Under the pieces are notes generated by a model. It ran no database searches and was not told the DNA's origin. It saw only the letters and a program-made list of their open reading frames with translations. This document shows, piece after piece, positions 43,101 to 57,955 of a DNA stretch of 64,000 bases (its first letter is position 1; each line of letters begins with the position of its first letter). Location: positions 22,196,001-22,260,000 of the forward strand of contig OZ024753.1 of the NCBI GenBank assembly GCA_964016885.1, written 5' to 3'. Source of the DNA: Eledone cirrhosa (lineage: Eukaryota). The translations under genes were made by a program, and so were the position numbers.

Positions 43101-46100
43101 ACACTAACGACACTAATAACACTAACGACACTAATAATACTAACGAAACTAATAACACTAATGACTCTACTAAGACTAATAACACTAATCAGACTAACGA
43201 CACTAAGAACACTAATAACACTAACGACACTAATAACACTGACGACACAAATAACACTAATAACACTAATAGCACTAACGACACTAATAACACTAATAAT
43301 AGTAACGAGACTAATAACACTAATTACTCTAATAACACTGATAACAATAACGACACTAATAACACTAACGACACTAATAACACTAACGACACTAATAATA
43401 CTAACGAAACTAATAACACTAATGACTCTACTAACACTAATAACACTAACCACACTAACGACACGAAGAACACTAATAACACTAACGACACTAATAACAC
43501 TAACGACACTAATAACACTAACGTCACTAATAACACTAATAACACTAATAACACTAATAACACTAACGGCACTAATATCATTAACGACACTTATAACACT
43601 AACCACACTAATAACACTAACCACACTAACAACACTAACGACACTAATAACACTAACGAGACTAATAACACTAACGACACTAATAACACTAACGACTCTA
43701 ATAACACTAACGACACTAATAACACTAACCACACTAATAAAACTAACGGCACTAATAACACTAACCACACTAATAACACTAACCACACTAACAATACTAA
43801 TAACACTAAAGATACAAATAACACTAACGACACTTATAACACTAACGACTCTGATAACACTAACGACACTAATAACACTAACGACACTAATAACACTAAT
43901 AACACTAACGACACTAATAAAACCAACGAGACTTATAACACTAACGACACTAATAACACTAACGACACTAATAACACTAACGACAATAATAACACAAACG
44001 ACTTTAATAACCCTAATGACACTAATAACGCTAACAACACTAATAACACTAATAACACTAATAACACTAATAACACTAACGACACTAATAACACTGACGA
44101 CACAAATAACACTAATAACACTAATAACACTAACGACACTAATAACACTAATAATAGTAACGAGACTAATAACACTAATTACTCTAATAACACTAATAAC
44201 AATAACGACACTAATAACACTAACGACACTAATAACACTAACGACACTAATAATACTAACGAAACTAATAACACTAATGACTCTACTAACACTAATAACA
44301 CTAACCACACTAACGACACGAAGAACACTAATAACACTAACGACACTAATAACACTAATGACAATAACGACACTAATAACACTAACGACACTAATAACAC
44401 TAACGACACTAATAACACTAACGACACTAATAACACTAATAACACTAACGACACTAATAACTCTAATAACACTAATAACACTAACGGCACTAATATCATT
44501 AACGACAATTATAACACTAACCACACTAATAACACTGACCACACTAACAACACTAACGACACTAATAACACTAACGAGACTAATAACACTAACGACACTA
44601 ATAACACTAACGACTCTAATAACACTAACGACACTAATAACACTAACCACACTAATAACACTAGCGACACTTATAACACTAACGACACTAATAACACTAA
44701 TGACTCTAAAAACACTAATAAAACTAACGACACTAATAACACTAACGACACCAATAACACTAACAACACGAATAACACTAACAACACTAACGACACTAAT
44801 AACACTAACCACAATAATAACAGTAACGACTCTAATAACACTAACAACACTAATAACACTAACGAGACTAATAACACTAACGACAATAATAACACTAACG
44901 ACTCTAATAACACTAATCACACTAATAACACTAATAACACTAACGCAAATAATAACACTAACGTCTCTAATAACTCTAACGACACTAATAACACTAATAC
45001 CACTAACGACACTAATACACTAACGACACTAATAAAACCAACGACACTAATAACACTAACAATTCTAATAACACTAACGACACTAATAACACTAACGAGA
45101 CTAATAACACTAACGACACTAATAACACTAACGACTCTAATAACACTAACGACACTAATAACACTAACCACACTAATAAAACTAACGGCACTAATAACAC
45201 TAACCACACTAATAACACTAACCACACTAACAATACTAATAACACTAAAGATACAAATAACACTAACGACACTTATAACACTAACGACTCTGATAACACT
45301 AACGACACTAATAACACTAACGACACTAATAACACTAATAACACTAACGACACTAATAAAACCAACGAGACTTATAACACTAACGACACTAATAACACTA
45401 ACGACACTAATAACACTAACGACAATAATAACACAAACGACTTTAATAACCCTAATGACACTAATAACGCTAACAACACTAATAACACTAATAACACTAA
45501 TAACACTAATAACACTAACGACACTAATAACACTGACGACACAAATAACACTAATAACACTAATAACACTAATAACACTAACGACACTAATAACACTAAT
45601 AATAGTAACGAGACTAATAACACTAATTACTCTAATAACACTAATAACAATAACGACACTAATAACACTAACGACACTAATAACACTAACGACACTAATA
45701 ATACTAACGAAACTAATAACACTAATGACTCTACTAACACTAATAACACTAACCACACTAACGACACGAAGAACACTAATAACACTAACGACACTAATAA
45801 CACTAATGACAATAACGACACTAATAACACTAACGACACTAATAACACTAACGACACTAATAACACTAACGACACTAATAACACTAATAACACTAACGAC
45901 ACTAATAACTCTAATAACACTAATAACACTAACGGCACTAATATCATTAACGACAATTATAACACTAACCACACTAATAACACTGACCACACTAACAACA
46001 CTAACGACACTAATAACACTAACGAGACTAATAACACTAACGACACTAATAACACTAACGACTCTAATAACACTAACGACACTAATAACACTAACCACAC

Positions 46101-48118
46101 TAATAACACTAGCGACACTTATAACACTAACGACACTAATAACACTAATGACTCTAAAAACACTAATAAAACTAACGACACTAATAACACTAACGACACC
46201 AATAACACTAACAACACGTATAACACTAACAACACTAACGACACTAATAACACTAACCACAATAATAACAGTAACGACTCTAATAACACTAACAACACTA
46301 ATAACACTAACGAGACTAATAACACTAACGACAATAATAACACTAACGAATCTAATAACACTAATCACACTAATAACACTAATAACACTAACGCAAATAA
46401 TAACACTAACGTCTCTAATAACTCTAACGACACTAATAACACTAATACCACTAACGACACTAATACACTAACGACACTAATAAAACCAACGACACTAATA
46501 ACACTAACAATTCTAATAACACTAACGACACTAATAACACTAACGGCACTAATAACACTAATAACAATAACGACACTAATAACACTAACGACACTTATAA
46601 CACTAACGACAATAATAACACTAACGACACTAATAACACTAACAACACTAATAACACTAATGGCACTTATAACACTAATAACACTAACGACACTAATAAT
46701 ACTAACGACACTAATAACACTAATAACACTAACGACACTTATAACACTAACGACAATAATAACACTAACGACTCTAATAACACTAATGACATTAATAACA
46801 CTAATAACACTAATAACAATAATAACTCTAATAACAGTAATAACACTAACGACACTAATAACAATAATAACAGTAACGACGCTAATAACACTAATGACTC
46901 TAATAACACCAATAACACTATCCACACTAACGACACTAATAACACTAATAACACTAACGACACTAATAACACTAACGACACTAATAACACTAATGACTCT
47001 AATAATACTAATAACATTAACGACACTAATAATACTAACGAGACTAATAACACTAACAACACTAATAACAATAATAACAGTAACGACACTAATAACAATA
47101 ATAACACTAACGACTCTAATAACAATAATATCAGTAACGACACTAAAGACATTATAACACCAATTACACTAACGACACTAATAATACTAACGACACTAAT
47201 AATACTAACGACACTAATAACACTAACGACACTAATAACACTAACGACACCAATAACACTAATAACACCAATAACACTAATAACACTAACGACACTAATA
47301 ACACTAATGACTCTAATAGCACTAATAACACTAACGACACTTATAACACTAACGACACTCATAATACTAACGACACTAATAACACTAACGACACTAATAA
47401 CACTAACGACACTAATAACACTAACGACACTATTAACTCTAACGACACTAATAACACTAATGACACTAATAACACTAATAACACTGACGACACTAATAAC
47501 ACTAATACCACTAACGACACTAATAAAACTAACGACCATAATAACACTAATAACACTAACGACACTAATTACACTAACGACACTAATAACACTAATAACA
47601 CTAATAACACTAATAACACTAATAACTCTAATAACACTAACGACTCTAATAACGCTAACGACAATAATAACACTAATGATACTAATAACACTAACGACAC
47701 TAATAACACTAATAAGACTCATAACACTAACGACACTAATAACACTAACGACACTAATCACTCTAATAACAGTAACGATACTAAGAACACTAATAACAGT
47801 AATAACACTAATAAAACTAATAACACTAACGACACTAGTAACACTAACGACACTAATAACGCTAATAACACTAATAACACTAATAACTCTAATACCACTA
47901 ACGACTCTAATAACACGACTCTAATAACGCTAACGACACTAATAACACTAACTACTCTAATAACACTAACGACTCTAATAACACTAACGACACTAATAAC
48001 ACTAATAACACTAATAACTCTAATAACACTAACGACTCTAATAACACGACTCTAATAACGCTAACGTCACTAATAACACTAACGACAGTAATAACACTAA
48101 TAACTCTAATAACACTAA
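25187..48118. repeat. ~23-kb satellite of 9-bp units (ACACTAATA / ACACTAACG) with higher-order duplications
   Basis: Seen directly. Recurring variant blocks are offset by about 567, 1526, 1993 and 1421-1448 bp, judged from duplicated ORF-track entries. Confidence 0.98.
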
Positions 48119-48147
48119 ATCTAAGGCTATTTCTTCAGAATGTCTCA

Positions 48148-48875
48148 GAGTGACCTGTCAATCTAACACAGTGACATGTCAACATCGCTCACTGACCTGT
48201 CCTTCTGACATGTCAACCTCGAATAGTGACTTGTCAACCTCGCACAGTGACCTGTCAAACTCTCGCAGTGACCTGTCAAACTCACACAATGACGTATCAG
48301 TCTCACGCAGTGACCCGTCAATCTCTGGCAGTGACCCGTCAATTTCTGGCAGTGACCCGTCAATTTCACGCAATGACCTGTTAATCTTGCGCAGTGACCT
48401 GTCAATTTCATGCAGTGACCTGTCAATCTCACGCAGTCGCCTGTCAATCTCACACAGTGACCTGTCAACCTCGCACTGTGACCTGTCAATCTCGCACTGT
48501 AACCTGTCAATCTCGCACAGTGACCTGTCAACCTCGCACAGTGACCTGTCAATCTCGCGCAGTGACCTGTCGATTTCACGCAGTGACCTGTCAATTTAGC
48601 GCAGTGACCTGTCAATCTCGCGCAGTGACCTGTCAATCTCGCGCAGTGACCTGTCGATTTCACGTAGTGACCTGTCAATTTCGCGCAGTGACCTGTCAAT
48701 CTCGCGCAGTGACCTGTCAATCTCGCGCAGTGACCTGTCAATCTCGCGCAGTGACCTGTCAATCTCGCGCAGTGACCTGTCAATCTCGCGCAGTGATCTG
48801 TCAATATTGCACAGTGACCTGTCAATCTCACGCAGTCGCCTGTCAACCTCACACAGTGACCTATCAATCTCACGC
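48148..48875. repeat. 21-bp minisatellite, ~34 copies
   Basis: Unit GCAGTGACCTGTCAATCTCGC. Confidence 0.95.
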
Positions 48876-49414
48876 GTCTTTCTATAAAGTTTGTCAGACC
48901 ATTATAAACGAATAATGGAATAAGTAGAATAACAAATAAATAAATAAACAAGCAAATAAATAAGATAAATAAATAAATGAAAAAGAAATAAAGTATCAAA
49001 AAGAAAAAACAAAGAAAGTGAAAGCACAACCTTAAAATACGAAAGTTTGGGAAAACAATTTCCTACCAGATTCTGTGTTATATGATTGGTTGAACAATAA
49101 GAGGAGAAAATTTTATTTTATTTCGGCCTAGAGATAATAAAAATATAATTAGTTTCTGTGAATTGTTAGTTTAAGTTTCTCATTGAATTTCACTAGTTTA
49201 AGAATTTTTTTATTGATCGAATCACAAAAACTTGCTTCCATATTTATTTTTTTATTTCCTTTTAATTTGAGGTAAACAAATAAGGAAAATCAAATATATA
49301 TGGTATTGTTAACAAAATCAATTTCATACAAATTAACTTCTAATTCTAAACAAATTAGACTACCTGATTTCAACTGTGAGCCGCTGTACAGGAAGATATG
49401 GTGGGGTGAGGGAG

Positions 49415-51125
49415 AGACTTGCTACAGATGTGGTGTGGAGTGGAGAGACAGACTACAGATGTGGTGTGGGTGAGTGGAGAGACTTGCTACATATGTGGTA
49501 CAGAGTGGAAACTTGCTACAGATGTGGTGTGGGTGACAGGCTACAGATGTGGTGTGGGTGACAGGTTACACATGTGGTGTGGGTGACAGGCTACAGATGT
49601 GGTGTGGGTGACAGGTTACAGATGTGGTGCGGGTGACATGTTACAGATGTGGTGTGGGTGACAGGTTACAGATGTGGTGTGGGTGACATGCTATAGATGT
49701 GGTGTGGGTGACTTGCTACAGATGTGGTGTGGGTGACAGGCTACAGATGTGGTGTGGGTGACAGGTTACACATGTGGTGTGGGTGACAGGCTACAGATGT
49801 GGTGTGGGTGACTTGCTACAGATGTGGTTTGGGTGACAGGCTACAGGTGTGTTGTGGGTGACAGGCTACAGATGTGGTGTGGGTGACTTGCTACAGATGT
49901 GGTGTGGGTGACAGGCTACAGATGTGGTGTGGGTGACAGGCTACAGGTGTGTTGTGGGTGACTTGCTACAGATGTGGTGTAGGTGACAGGTTACAGATGT
50001 GGTGTGGGTGACTTGCTACAGATGTGGTGTGGGTGACAGGCTACAGATGTGGTGTGGGTGACTTGCTACAGATGTGGTGTAGGTGACAGGCTACAGATGT
50101 GGTGTGGGTGACTTGCTACAGATGTGGTGTAGGTGACAGGCTACAGATGTGGTGTGGGTGACTTGCTACAGATATGGTGTTGGTGACTTGCTACAGATGT
50201 GGTGTGGGTGACAGGTTACAGATGTGGTGTGGTGACTTGTTACAGATGTGATGTGGGTGACAGGCTACAGATGTGGTGTGGGTGACAGGTTACAGATGTG
50301 GTGTGGGGGACTTGCTACAGATGTGGTGTGGGTGACATGCTACAGATGTGGTGTGGGTGACTTGCTACAGATATGGTGTTGGGGACTTGCTACAGATGTG
50401 GTGTGGGTGACAGGTTACAAATGTGGTGTGGGTGACTTGTTACAGATGTGGTGTGGGTGACAGGCTACAGATGTGGTGTGGGTGATAGGCTACATATGTG
50501 GTGTGGGTGACAGGCTACAGATGTGGTGTGGGTGACAGGCTACAGATTTGGTGTGGGTGACAGGCTACAGATGTGGTGTGGGTGACATGCTACAGATGTG
50601 GTGTGGGTGACTTGCTACAGATGTGGTGTAGGTGACAGGCTACAGATGTGGTGTGGGTGACTTGCTACAGATATGGTGTTGGTGACTTGCTACAGATGTG
50701 GTGTGGGTGACAGGTTACAGATGTGGTGTGGTGACTTGTTACAGATGTGATGTGGGTGACAGGCTACAGATGTGGTGTGGGTGACAGGTTACAGATGTGG
50801 TGTGGGGGACTTGCTACAGATGTGGTGTGGGTGACATGCTACAGATGTGGTGTGGGTGACTTGCTACAGATATGGTGTTGGGGACTTGCTACAGATGTGG
50901 TGTGGGTGACAGGTTACAAATGTGGTGTGGGTGACTTGTTACAGATGTGGTGTGGGTGACAGGCTACAGATGTGGTGTGGGTGATAGGCTACATATGTGG
51001 TGTGGGTGACAGGCTACAGATGTGGTGTGGGTGACAGGCTACAGATTTGGTGTGGGTGACAGGCTACAGATGTGGTGTGGGTGACAGGCTACAGATGTGG
51101 TGTGGGTGACAGGCCACAGATGTGG
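49415..51125. repeat. 25-bp minisatellite with a ~499-bp higher-order duplication
   Basis: Unit CTACAGATGTGGTGTGGGTGAC(AGG/TTG); identical ORFs at 50248 and 50747. Confidence 0.95.
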
Positions 51126-51209
51126 TTTGTATCTCTTTTGTCAGGTTTTATCAGGTTTTTTCTTTGTTAACGTCTCAACTTCTTGTTTAAAAGAATACCA
51201 GCTTGTGTT

Positions 51210-51801
51210 CGTTGGGTGTGGATAGGGGTATATGTGTGTTGGGTGTGTATGAGGTGTGTGTGTGTTGGGTGTATGACGTAGGTGTGTGTTGTGTGTATGC
51301 GGTAGGTGTGTGTTGTGTGTATGAGGTAGGTGTGTGTGTGTTGGGTGTATGACGTAGGTGTGTGTTGTGTGTATGAGGTAGGTGTGTGTTGTGTGTATGA
51401 GGTAGGTGTGTGTGTGTTGGGTGTATGACGTAGGTGTGTGTTGTGTGTATGAGGTAGGTGTGTGTTGTGTGTATGAGGTAGGTGTGTGTGTGTTGTGTGT
51501 ATGAGGTAGCTGTGTGTTGTGTGTATGAGATTGGTGTGTGTGTGTTGGGTGTATGTGTTGTGTGTGATGTGTGTATGTGGTAGGTGGGTGTGTATTTGGG
51601 GTATGTATGCCTGTGTGTGTTGGGTGTATGTGTTGCGTGTATGTGTGTGTTGTGCGTGTGTGTGTGTTGCGTGTATGTGTGGGTTGTGCATGTGTGTGTG
51701 TTGTGTGCATGTGTATGTTGTGTGTGTATGTGTGTTGTACGCGCGTGTGTGCATTTGTATATGTGTGTGTATTTTGTGCATGTATGTATGTATGTATGTG
51801 T

Positions 51802-51870
<69 letters not shown>
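51210..51870. repeat. GT-rich minisatellite grading into (TG)n
   Basis: GTGTATGAGGTAGGTGTGTGTT-type units followed by pure TG. Confidence 0.9.
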
Positions 51871-51871
<1 letters not shown>

Positions 51872-52098
51872 TGCCAAGGTCGCTGCAGTGGCAGCAACAG
51901 CAACAATAGCGACAATATCAACATCTTTCTCATTGCATGGAGGAGATAAATATAATTTCAGAGAAGACAGAGAAGAAAAGTAAAGGTAAACTGAGGGAGA
52001 ACTGGAGAGAGAGAAAGTGAGAGTGAGGGAAGAACGTTGATAGTGAAAGAGCAATATATATATATATATATATATGTACATATATCTGCGCACCTATC

Positions 52099-52154
<56 letters not shown>

Positions 52155-52160
<6 letters not shown>

Positions 52161-53025
52161 AATAATGATGGCTGCGCGTTGCAAATGGTGGTGCATATGA
52201 AAAAGTAAGTCCTTCATCAGTGACCCTCCAACCGTCCCAGGCATTTCATAGCTTTAAGGGCCATATGCCTCAGGTTGGTGCGAACAACGGCTAAAAGAAG
52301 TCGTTGGGACACGTAAATAAAGGGGACGTTAGGGTAACAAACAAAATGGTTTAAGCAACGGAAAGTGAGAAGAAATAGACAAGTCCCAGATCTCTATGAA
52401 TATAAACTCGGTGAAATCGTGAACAAGAGACAAAAGACCATCAAACCTGGTTGAAATGTGAGCAAGGAAGGAATTTCGCACAAGTTTGACGGGGGGAAGA
52501 AAAAGAAGAAGAAGAAGAAGAAGAAGAAGAAGAAGAAGAAGAAGAAGAAGAAGAAGAAGAAGAAGAAGAAGAAGAAGAAGAAGAAGGTGTCTGGTCTACG
52601 AATTCGGTAAACATAAGTTTTGTGAAGTCGCAGACGAAAGAGAGAGAGAGAAAAAAATTCCATACCAGCTTGACCAGGAACGCGCGAGAAAAGAATTACA
52701 CACAGGTCAAACTTGAAGGAGGAGGAGGAAAGAGGAGGAGGAGAAGTAGTGACAGAGAATGAGTGAGTGAAAGTTGAGGAGGCGGCTAACAGAGAGAGAG
52801 ACTGCTAGAAAGGGTAAAAGGTACAAAGAACGAGAAAGGGTAAAAGGTACAAAGAACGAAACAGACATGTAGCAGCAGAAGAAAAATTATGTGTAAATAT
52901 GATAATAATGATGGCTGCGCGTTGCAAATGGTGGTGCATATGAAAAAGTAAGTCCTTCATCAGTGACCCTCCAACCGTCCCAGGCATTTCATCGCTTTAA
53001 GGGCCATATGCCTCAGGTTGGTGCG
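52155..53025. repeat. ~128-bp direct repeat (52155-52283 and 52897-53025)
   Basis: ATGATAATAATGATGGCTGCGCG...CCTCAGGTTGGTGCGA occurs twice, nearly identical. Confidence 0.9.
52503..52586. repeat. (GAA)n microsatellite
   Basis: Seen directly in the sequence. Confidence 0.98.
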
Positions 53026-53031
53026 ATATAT

Positions 53032-53099
<68 letters not shown>

Positions 53100-53114
<15 letters not shown>

Positions 53115-53531
53115 GGAGGTGAGTTTTATTGTAGTACAATAAAGTAATGCAGATATCAGATAAGTAGCACTCTACAGTTTGTAGTACTGGTGTATAAATA
53201 ATATATAAGATCAAAAGATGGTTAAAAAGAGTTCCATGTATTTTATTATGCGCATTTCAAAAACAAATATCATCATGCAATAACATTTGCGTTTTGGTCA
53301 GATGAAACAGGGAGACATGATATGAAGGTTAAAACACACTTGTGAATAGTGCAGTTTTAAATCAACATATGTTGATTTAAAACTGCTGAAATGCGCATAA
53401 TAAAATACATGGAACTCTTTTTAACCATCTTTTGATCTTATATATTATTTATACACCAGTACTACAAACTGTAGAGTGCTACTTATCTGATATCTGCATT
53501 ACTTTATTGTACTACAATAAAACTCACCTCC

Positions 53532-53545
<14 letters not shown>
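53100..53545. repeat. Inverted repeat, arms ~53110-53259 and ~53387-53536, flanked by (TA)n
   Basis: The arms appear to be exact reverse complements; the spacer contains a 36-bp perfect palindrome at 53351-53386. Confidence 0.92.
53240..53308 (-). ncRNA. Degenerate hammerhead-like motif (G8C)
   Basis: Reverse complement reads GTTTCAT CTGACCA AAAC-GCAAATGTT..GATATTTGT-TTTT GAAA TGCGCA TA ATAAAAT. Confidence 0.45.
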
Positions 53546-53566
<21 letters not shown>

Positions 53567-53572
<6 letters not shown>

Positions 53573-55652
53573 ACCAAACACAGACACGTGTAACACAGGA
53601 GTCCTAATGTGGTATAGACACAGGTAAACACACAAACACAGACACGTGTAACACAGTAGTCATAATGTGGTATAGACACAGGTAAACACACAAACACAGA
53701 CACGTGTAACACATTAGTCATAATGTGGTATAGTCACAGGTAAACACACAAACACAGACACGTGTAACACAGTAGTCATAATGTGGTGTAGGCACAGGTA
53801 AACACACAAACACAGACACGTGTAACACAGTAGTCATAATGTGGTATAGTCACAGGTAAACACACAAACACAGACACGTGTAACACAGTAGTCATAATGT
53901 GGTATAGTCACAGGTAAACACACAAACACAGACACGTGTAACACAGTAGTCATAATGTGGTGTAGGCACAGGTAAACACACAAACACAGACACGTGTAAC
54001 ACAGTAGTCATAATGTGGTATAGTCACAGGTAAACACACAAACACAGACACGTGTAACACAGTAGTCATAATGTGGTGTAGGCACAGGTAAACACACAAA
54101 CACAGACACGTGTAACACAGTAGTCCTAATGTGGTATAGACACAGGTAAACACACAAACACAGACACGTGTAACACAGTAGTCATAATGTGGTGTAGGCA
54201 CAGGTAAACACACAAACACAGACACGTGTAACACAGTAGTCATAATGTGGTGTAGACACAGGTAAACACACAAACACAGACACGTGTAACGCAGTAGTCA
54301 TAATGTGGTGTAGACACAGGTAAACACACAAACACAGACACGTGTAACACAGTAGTCATAATGTGGTGTAGGCACAGGTAAACACACAAACACAGACACG
54401 TGTAACACATTAGTCATAATGTGGTGTAGACACAGGTAAACACACAAACACAGACACGTGTAACGCAGTAGTCATAATGTGGTATAGACACAGGTAAACA
54501 CACAAACACAGACACGTGTAACACAGTAGTCCTAATGTGGTATAGACACAGGTAAACACACAAACACAGACACGTGTAACACAGGAGTCCTAATGTGGTA
54601 TAGACACAGGTAAACACACAAACACAGACACGTGTAACACAGTAGTCCTAATGTGGTATAGACACAGGTAAACACACAAACACAGACACGTGTAACACAG
54701 TAGTCCTAATGTGGTATAGACACAGGTAAACACACAAACACAGACACGTGTAACACAGTAGTCCTAATGTGGTATAGACACAGGTAAACACACAAACACA
54801 GACACGTGTAACACAGTAGTCCTAATGTGGTATAGACACAGGTAAACACACAAACACAGACACGTGTAACACAGTAGTCATAATGTGGTGTAGGCACAGG
54901 TAAACACACAAACACAGACACGTGTAACACAGTAGTCATAATGTGGTGTAGGCACAGGTAAACACACAAACACAGACACGTGTAACACAGTAGTCCTAAT
55001 GTGGTATAGACACAGGTAAACACACAAACACAGACACGTGTAACACATTAGTCATAATGTGGTGTAGACACAGGTAAACACACAAACACAGACACGTGTA
55101 ACGCAGTAGTCATAATGTGGTATAGACACAGGTAAACACACAAACACAGACACGTGTAACACAGTAGTCATAATGTGGTGTAGGCACAGGTAAACACACA
55201 AACACAGACACGTGTAACACATTAGTCATAATGTGGTATAGTCACAGGTAAACACACAAACACAGACACGTGTAACGCAGTAGTCATAATGTGGTGTAGA
55301 CACAGGTAAACACACAAACACAGACACGTGTAACACAGTAGTCATAATGTGGTGTAGGCACAGGTAAACACACAAACATAGACACGTGTAACACAGTAGT
55401 CATAATGCGGTGTAGGCACAGGTAAACACACAAACACAGACACGTGTAACACAGTAGTCCTAATGTGGTATAGACACAGGTAAACACACAAACACAGACA
55501 CGTGTAACACAGTAGTCCTAATGTGGTATAGACACAGGTAAACACACAAACACAGACACGTGTAACACAGTAGTCATAATGTGGTATAGACACAGGTAAA
55601 CACACAAACACAGACACGTGTAACGCAGTAGTCATAATGTGGTATAGACACA
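53567..55652. repeat. 58-bp minisatellite, ~36 copies
   Basis: Unit AAACACACAAACACAGACACGTGTAACACAGTAGTCATAATGTGGTATAGACACAGGT. Confidence 0.97.
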
Positions 55653-55912
55653 TCTAGACACAGTTGAGAGCTTCGGTCATATCTCCCCATGTAGCCGGTA
55701 CACTTACTTATGTAAGTAGAGACGTCATAAGCCGCTTCAAAGAAGGGCTGACTGATATTGCGGGTTAGCAGGATTCTCAAGGAGTGATACTATCAGTGGA
55801 GCTATTTAGTGCTCGACAATATTCCAGCTGACTGACAAGATCCCACTGTTACCTGATGTTGGGGGTCTATAGGGCTTCCATTGTACGCACGATCTTGTTA
55901 CACACACATATG

Positions 55913-55973
<61 letters not shown>

Positions 55974-56198
55974 TTATAAGCTTTCACCGTATTTTAGACT
56001 AAAGAAATTTATAGCCTGATAGAGGGGTTTATAACCCTCGGAGAAATGGAAAAAGATGAGTGTTGCCGTACATGTACGGCAACACTCATCTTTAGTCGAA
56101 AATACGGTGAAAGCTTATAATTTCTAATTTCTAACTTCAAACTCGCGCACCGTTTCAAAAACATACTTACATGTTTACGTATATATACATATATATAC

Positions 56199-56235
<37 letters not shown>

Positions 56236-56281
56236 GAAAAAAAGATATAAGAAAAACCACAGACCCTCCATCTCAACTCTA

Positions 56282-56317
56282 CTTTTGAAAAGCAGAAGAA
56301 CTGCGAAACCGGTAAAG
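56282..56317 (+). ncRNA. Minimal hammerhead, U3-A8 variant (family C relative)
   Basis: CTT TTGAAAA GCAG-AAGAA-CTGC GAAA CCGG TA AAG. Confidence 0.7.
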
Positions 56318-56445
56318 GAACCAAATAAATATATATATTTTTAATAATAAGATCCAGTTGCATTTTCGATTTCATCTTTTTTTCTTTATACTTTCACTCG
56401 TGTAGGACACCTCGGTTATTTTTCATTTTGTAAAGAAAACCTCAC

Positions 56446-56500
<55 letters not shown>

Positions 56501-56514
56501 TATATTTATATATA

Positions 56515-56666
56515 CCGTATATGGCGTTGCGAAGACGTTACTTTTTTCCTAAAATAAGTCTCAGAAATCTACCATACGTTCTGGAGGCCGAAGGCTGTTG
56601 ATTATTATTTTGTTCACATTTTTGCTTGTCAAAATTAGGGTGCGTCTTCGGCGCCGTGAAATACGG
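56515..56666. mobile_element. Tc1/mariner-superfamily (pogo/Tc2-like) MITE
   Basis: TA-flanked imperfect TIRs CCGTAT-ATGGCG..CGAAGACG / CGTCTTCG-GCGCCGT..ATACGG. Confidence 0.65.
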
Positions 56667-56671
56667 TATAC

Positions 56672-56791
<120 letters not shown>

Positions 56792-56873
56792 ATATGAGAA
56801 ACTGTAAGAAAGTCAAGGATAAGAATTTATTTATTCATACGTCTCTACGAATGTTGCAATGCTGCTGTATATA

Positions 56874-57424
<551 letters not shown>

Positions 57425-57699
57425 TATATATATAGGTAAGTTGTTTGGTTTAGTCTGATTTCTGTTTCTATATGTATTAGGTGCTAACATGTTAATATTA
57501 ATATTAAGGTAATTTCAGATCAAAGGAAATTACAAACGATTAATGGGAATTAAATAAACTTACACCTGTTGAGTTAGCAATTAAGGTAATACTTCTACTA
57601 CTGCCTGGTAACAGTATTTACCTGTGGCAGCTGGAACTCAGCTGAAAACCAGCAGCACAGAGAATGAAGGAGAATTAATAGCGAGTAAGGGAAGGGGTG

Positions 57700-57955
57700 A
57701 TGGTGGTGAATTGGCAGAATTGTTAGAACATCAGCTAAGATGCTTAGCAGTATTTTTTCCAACTCTCTTCTCCCTGAGTTCAAATCCCACCGAGGTCAAC
57801 TTTGCCTTTCCTCCATTTGAGGTCGATAAATAAAGTACCAGTAACACTGGAGTCGATGTTTCCTCTATATCTCCTTCTCACTTCTTCACTTGTTATCCTT
57901 GTGTGGAATCTGTTATATTCAGACGTGGAGAGGAGACTGGAGAAACGCCGTATAT
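57700..57955 (+). mobile_element. tRNA-derived SINE (family of 15918)
   Basis: GGTGGTGAATTGGCAGAATTGTTAG...GAGTTCAAATCCCACCGAGGTCAACTTTGCCTTTC...GGTCGATAAATAAAGTACCAGT. Confidence 0.75.

Noticed and set aside
25150-47924. Very long ORFs (up to 1703 aa) of LITLTT, VISVVS or LLVSLV
   Set aside because: They are stop-free frames of a 9-bp satellite, open on both strands, with frame-breaking units.
52486-52716. Poly-Arg / poly-Phe ORFs
   Set aside because: These are translations of (GAA)n.
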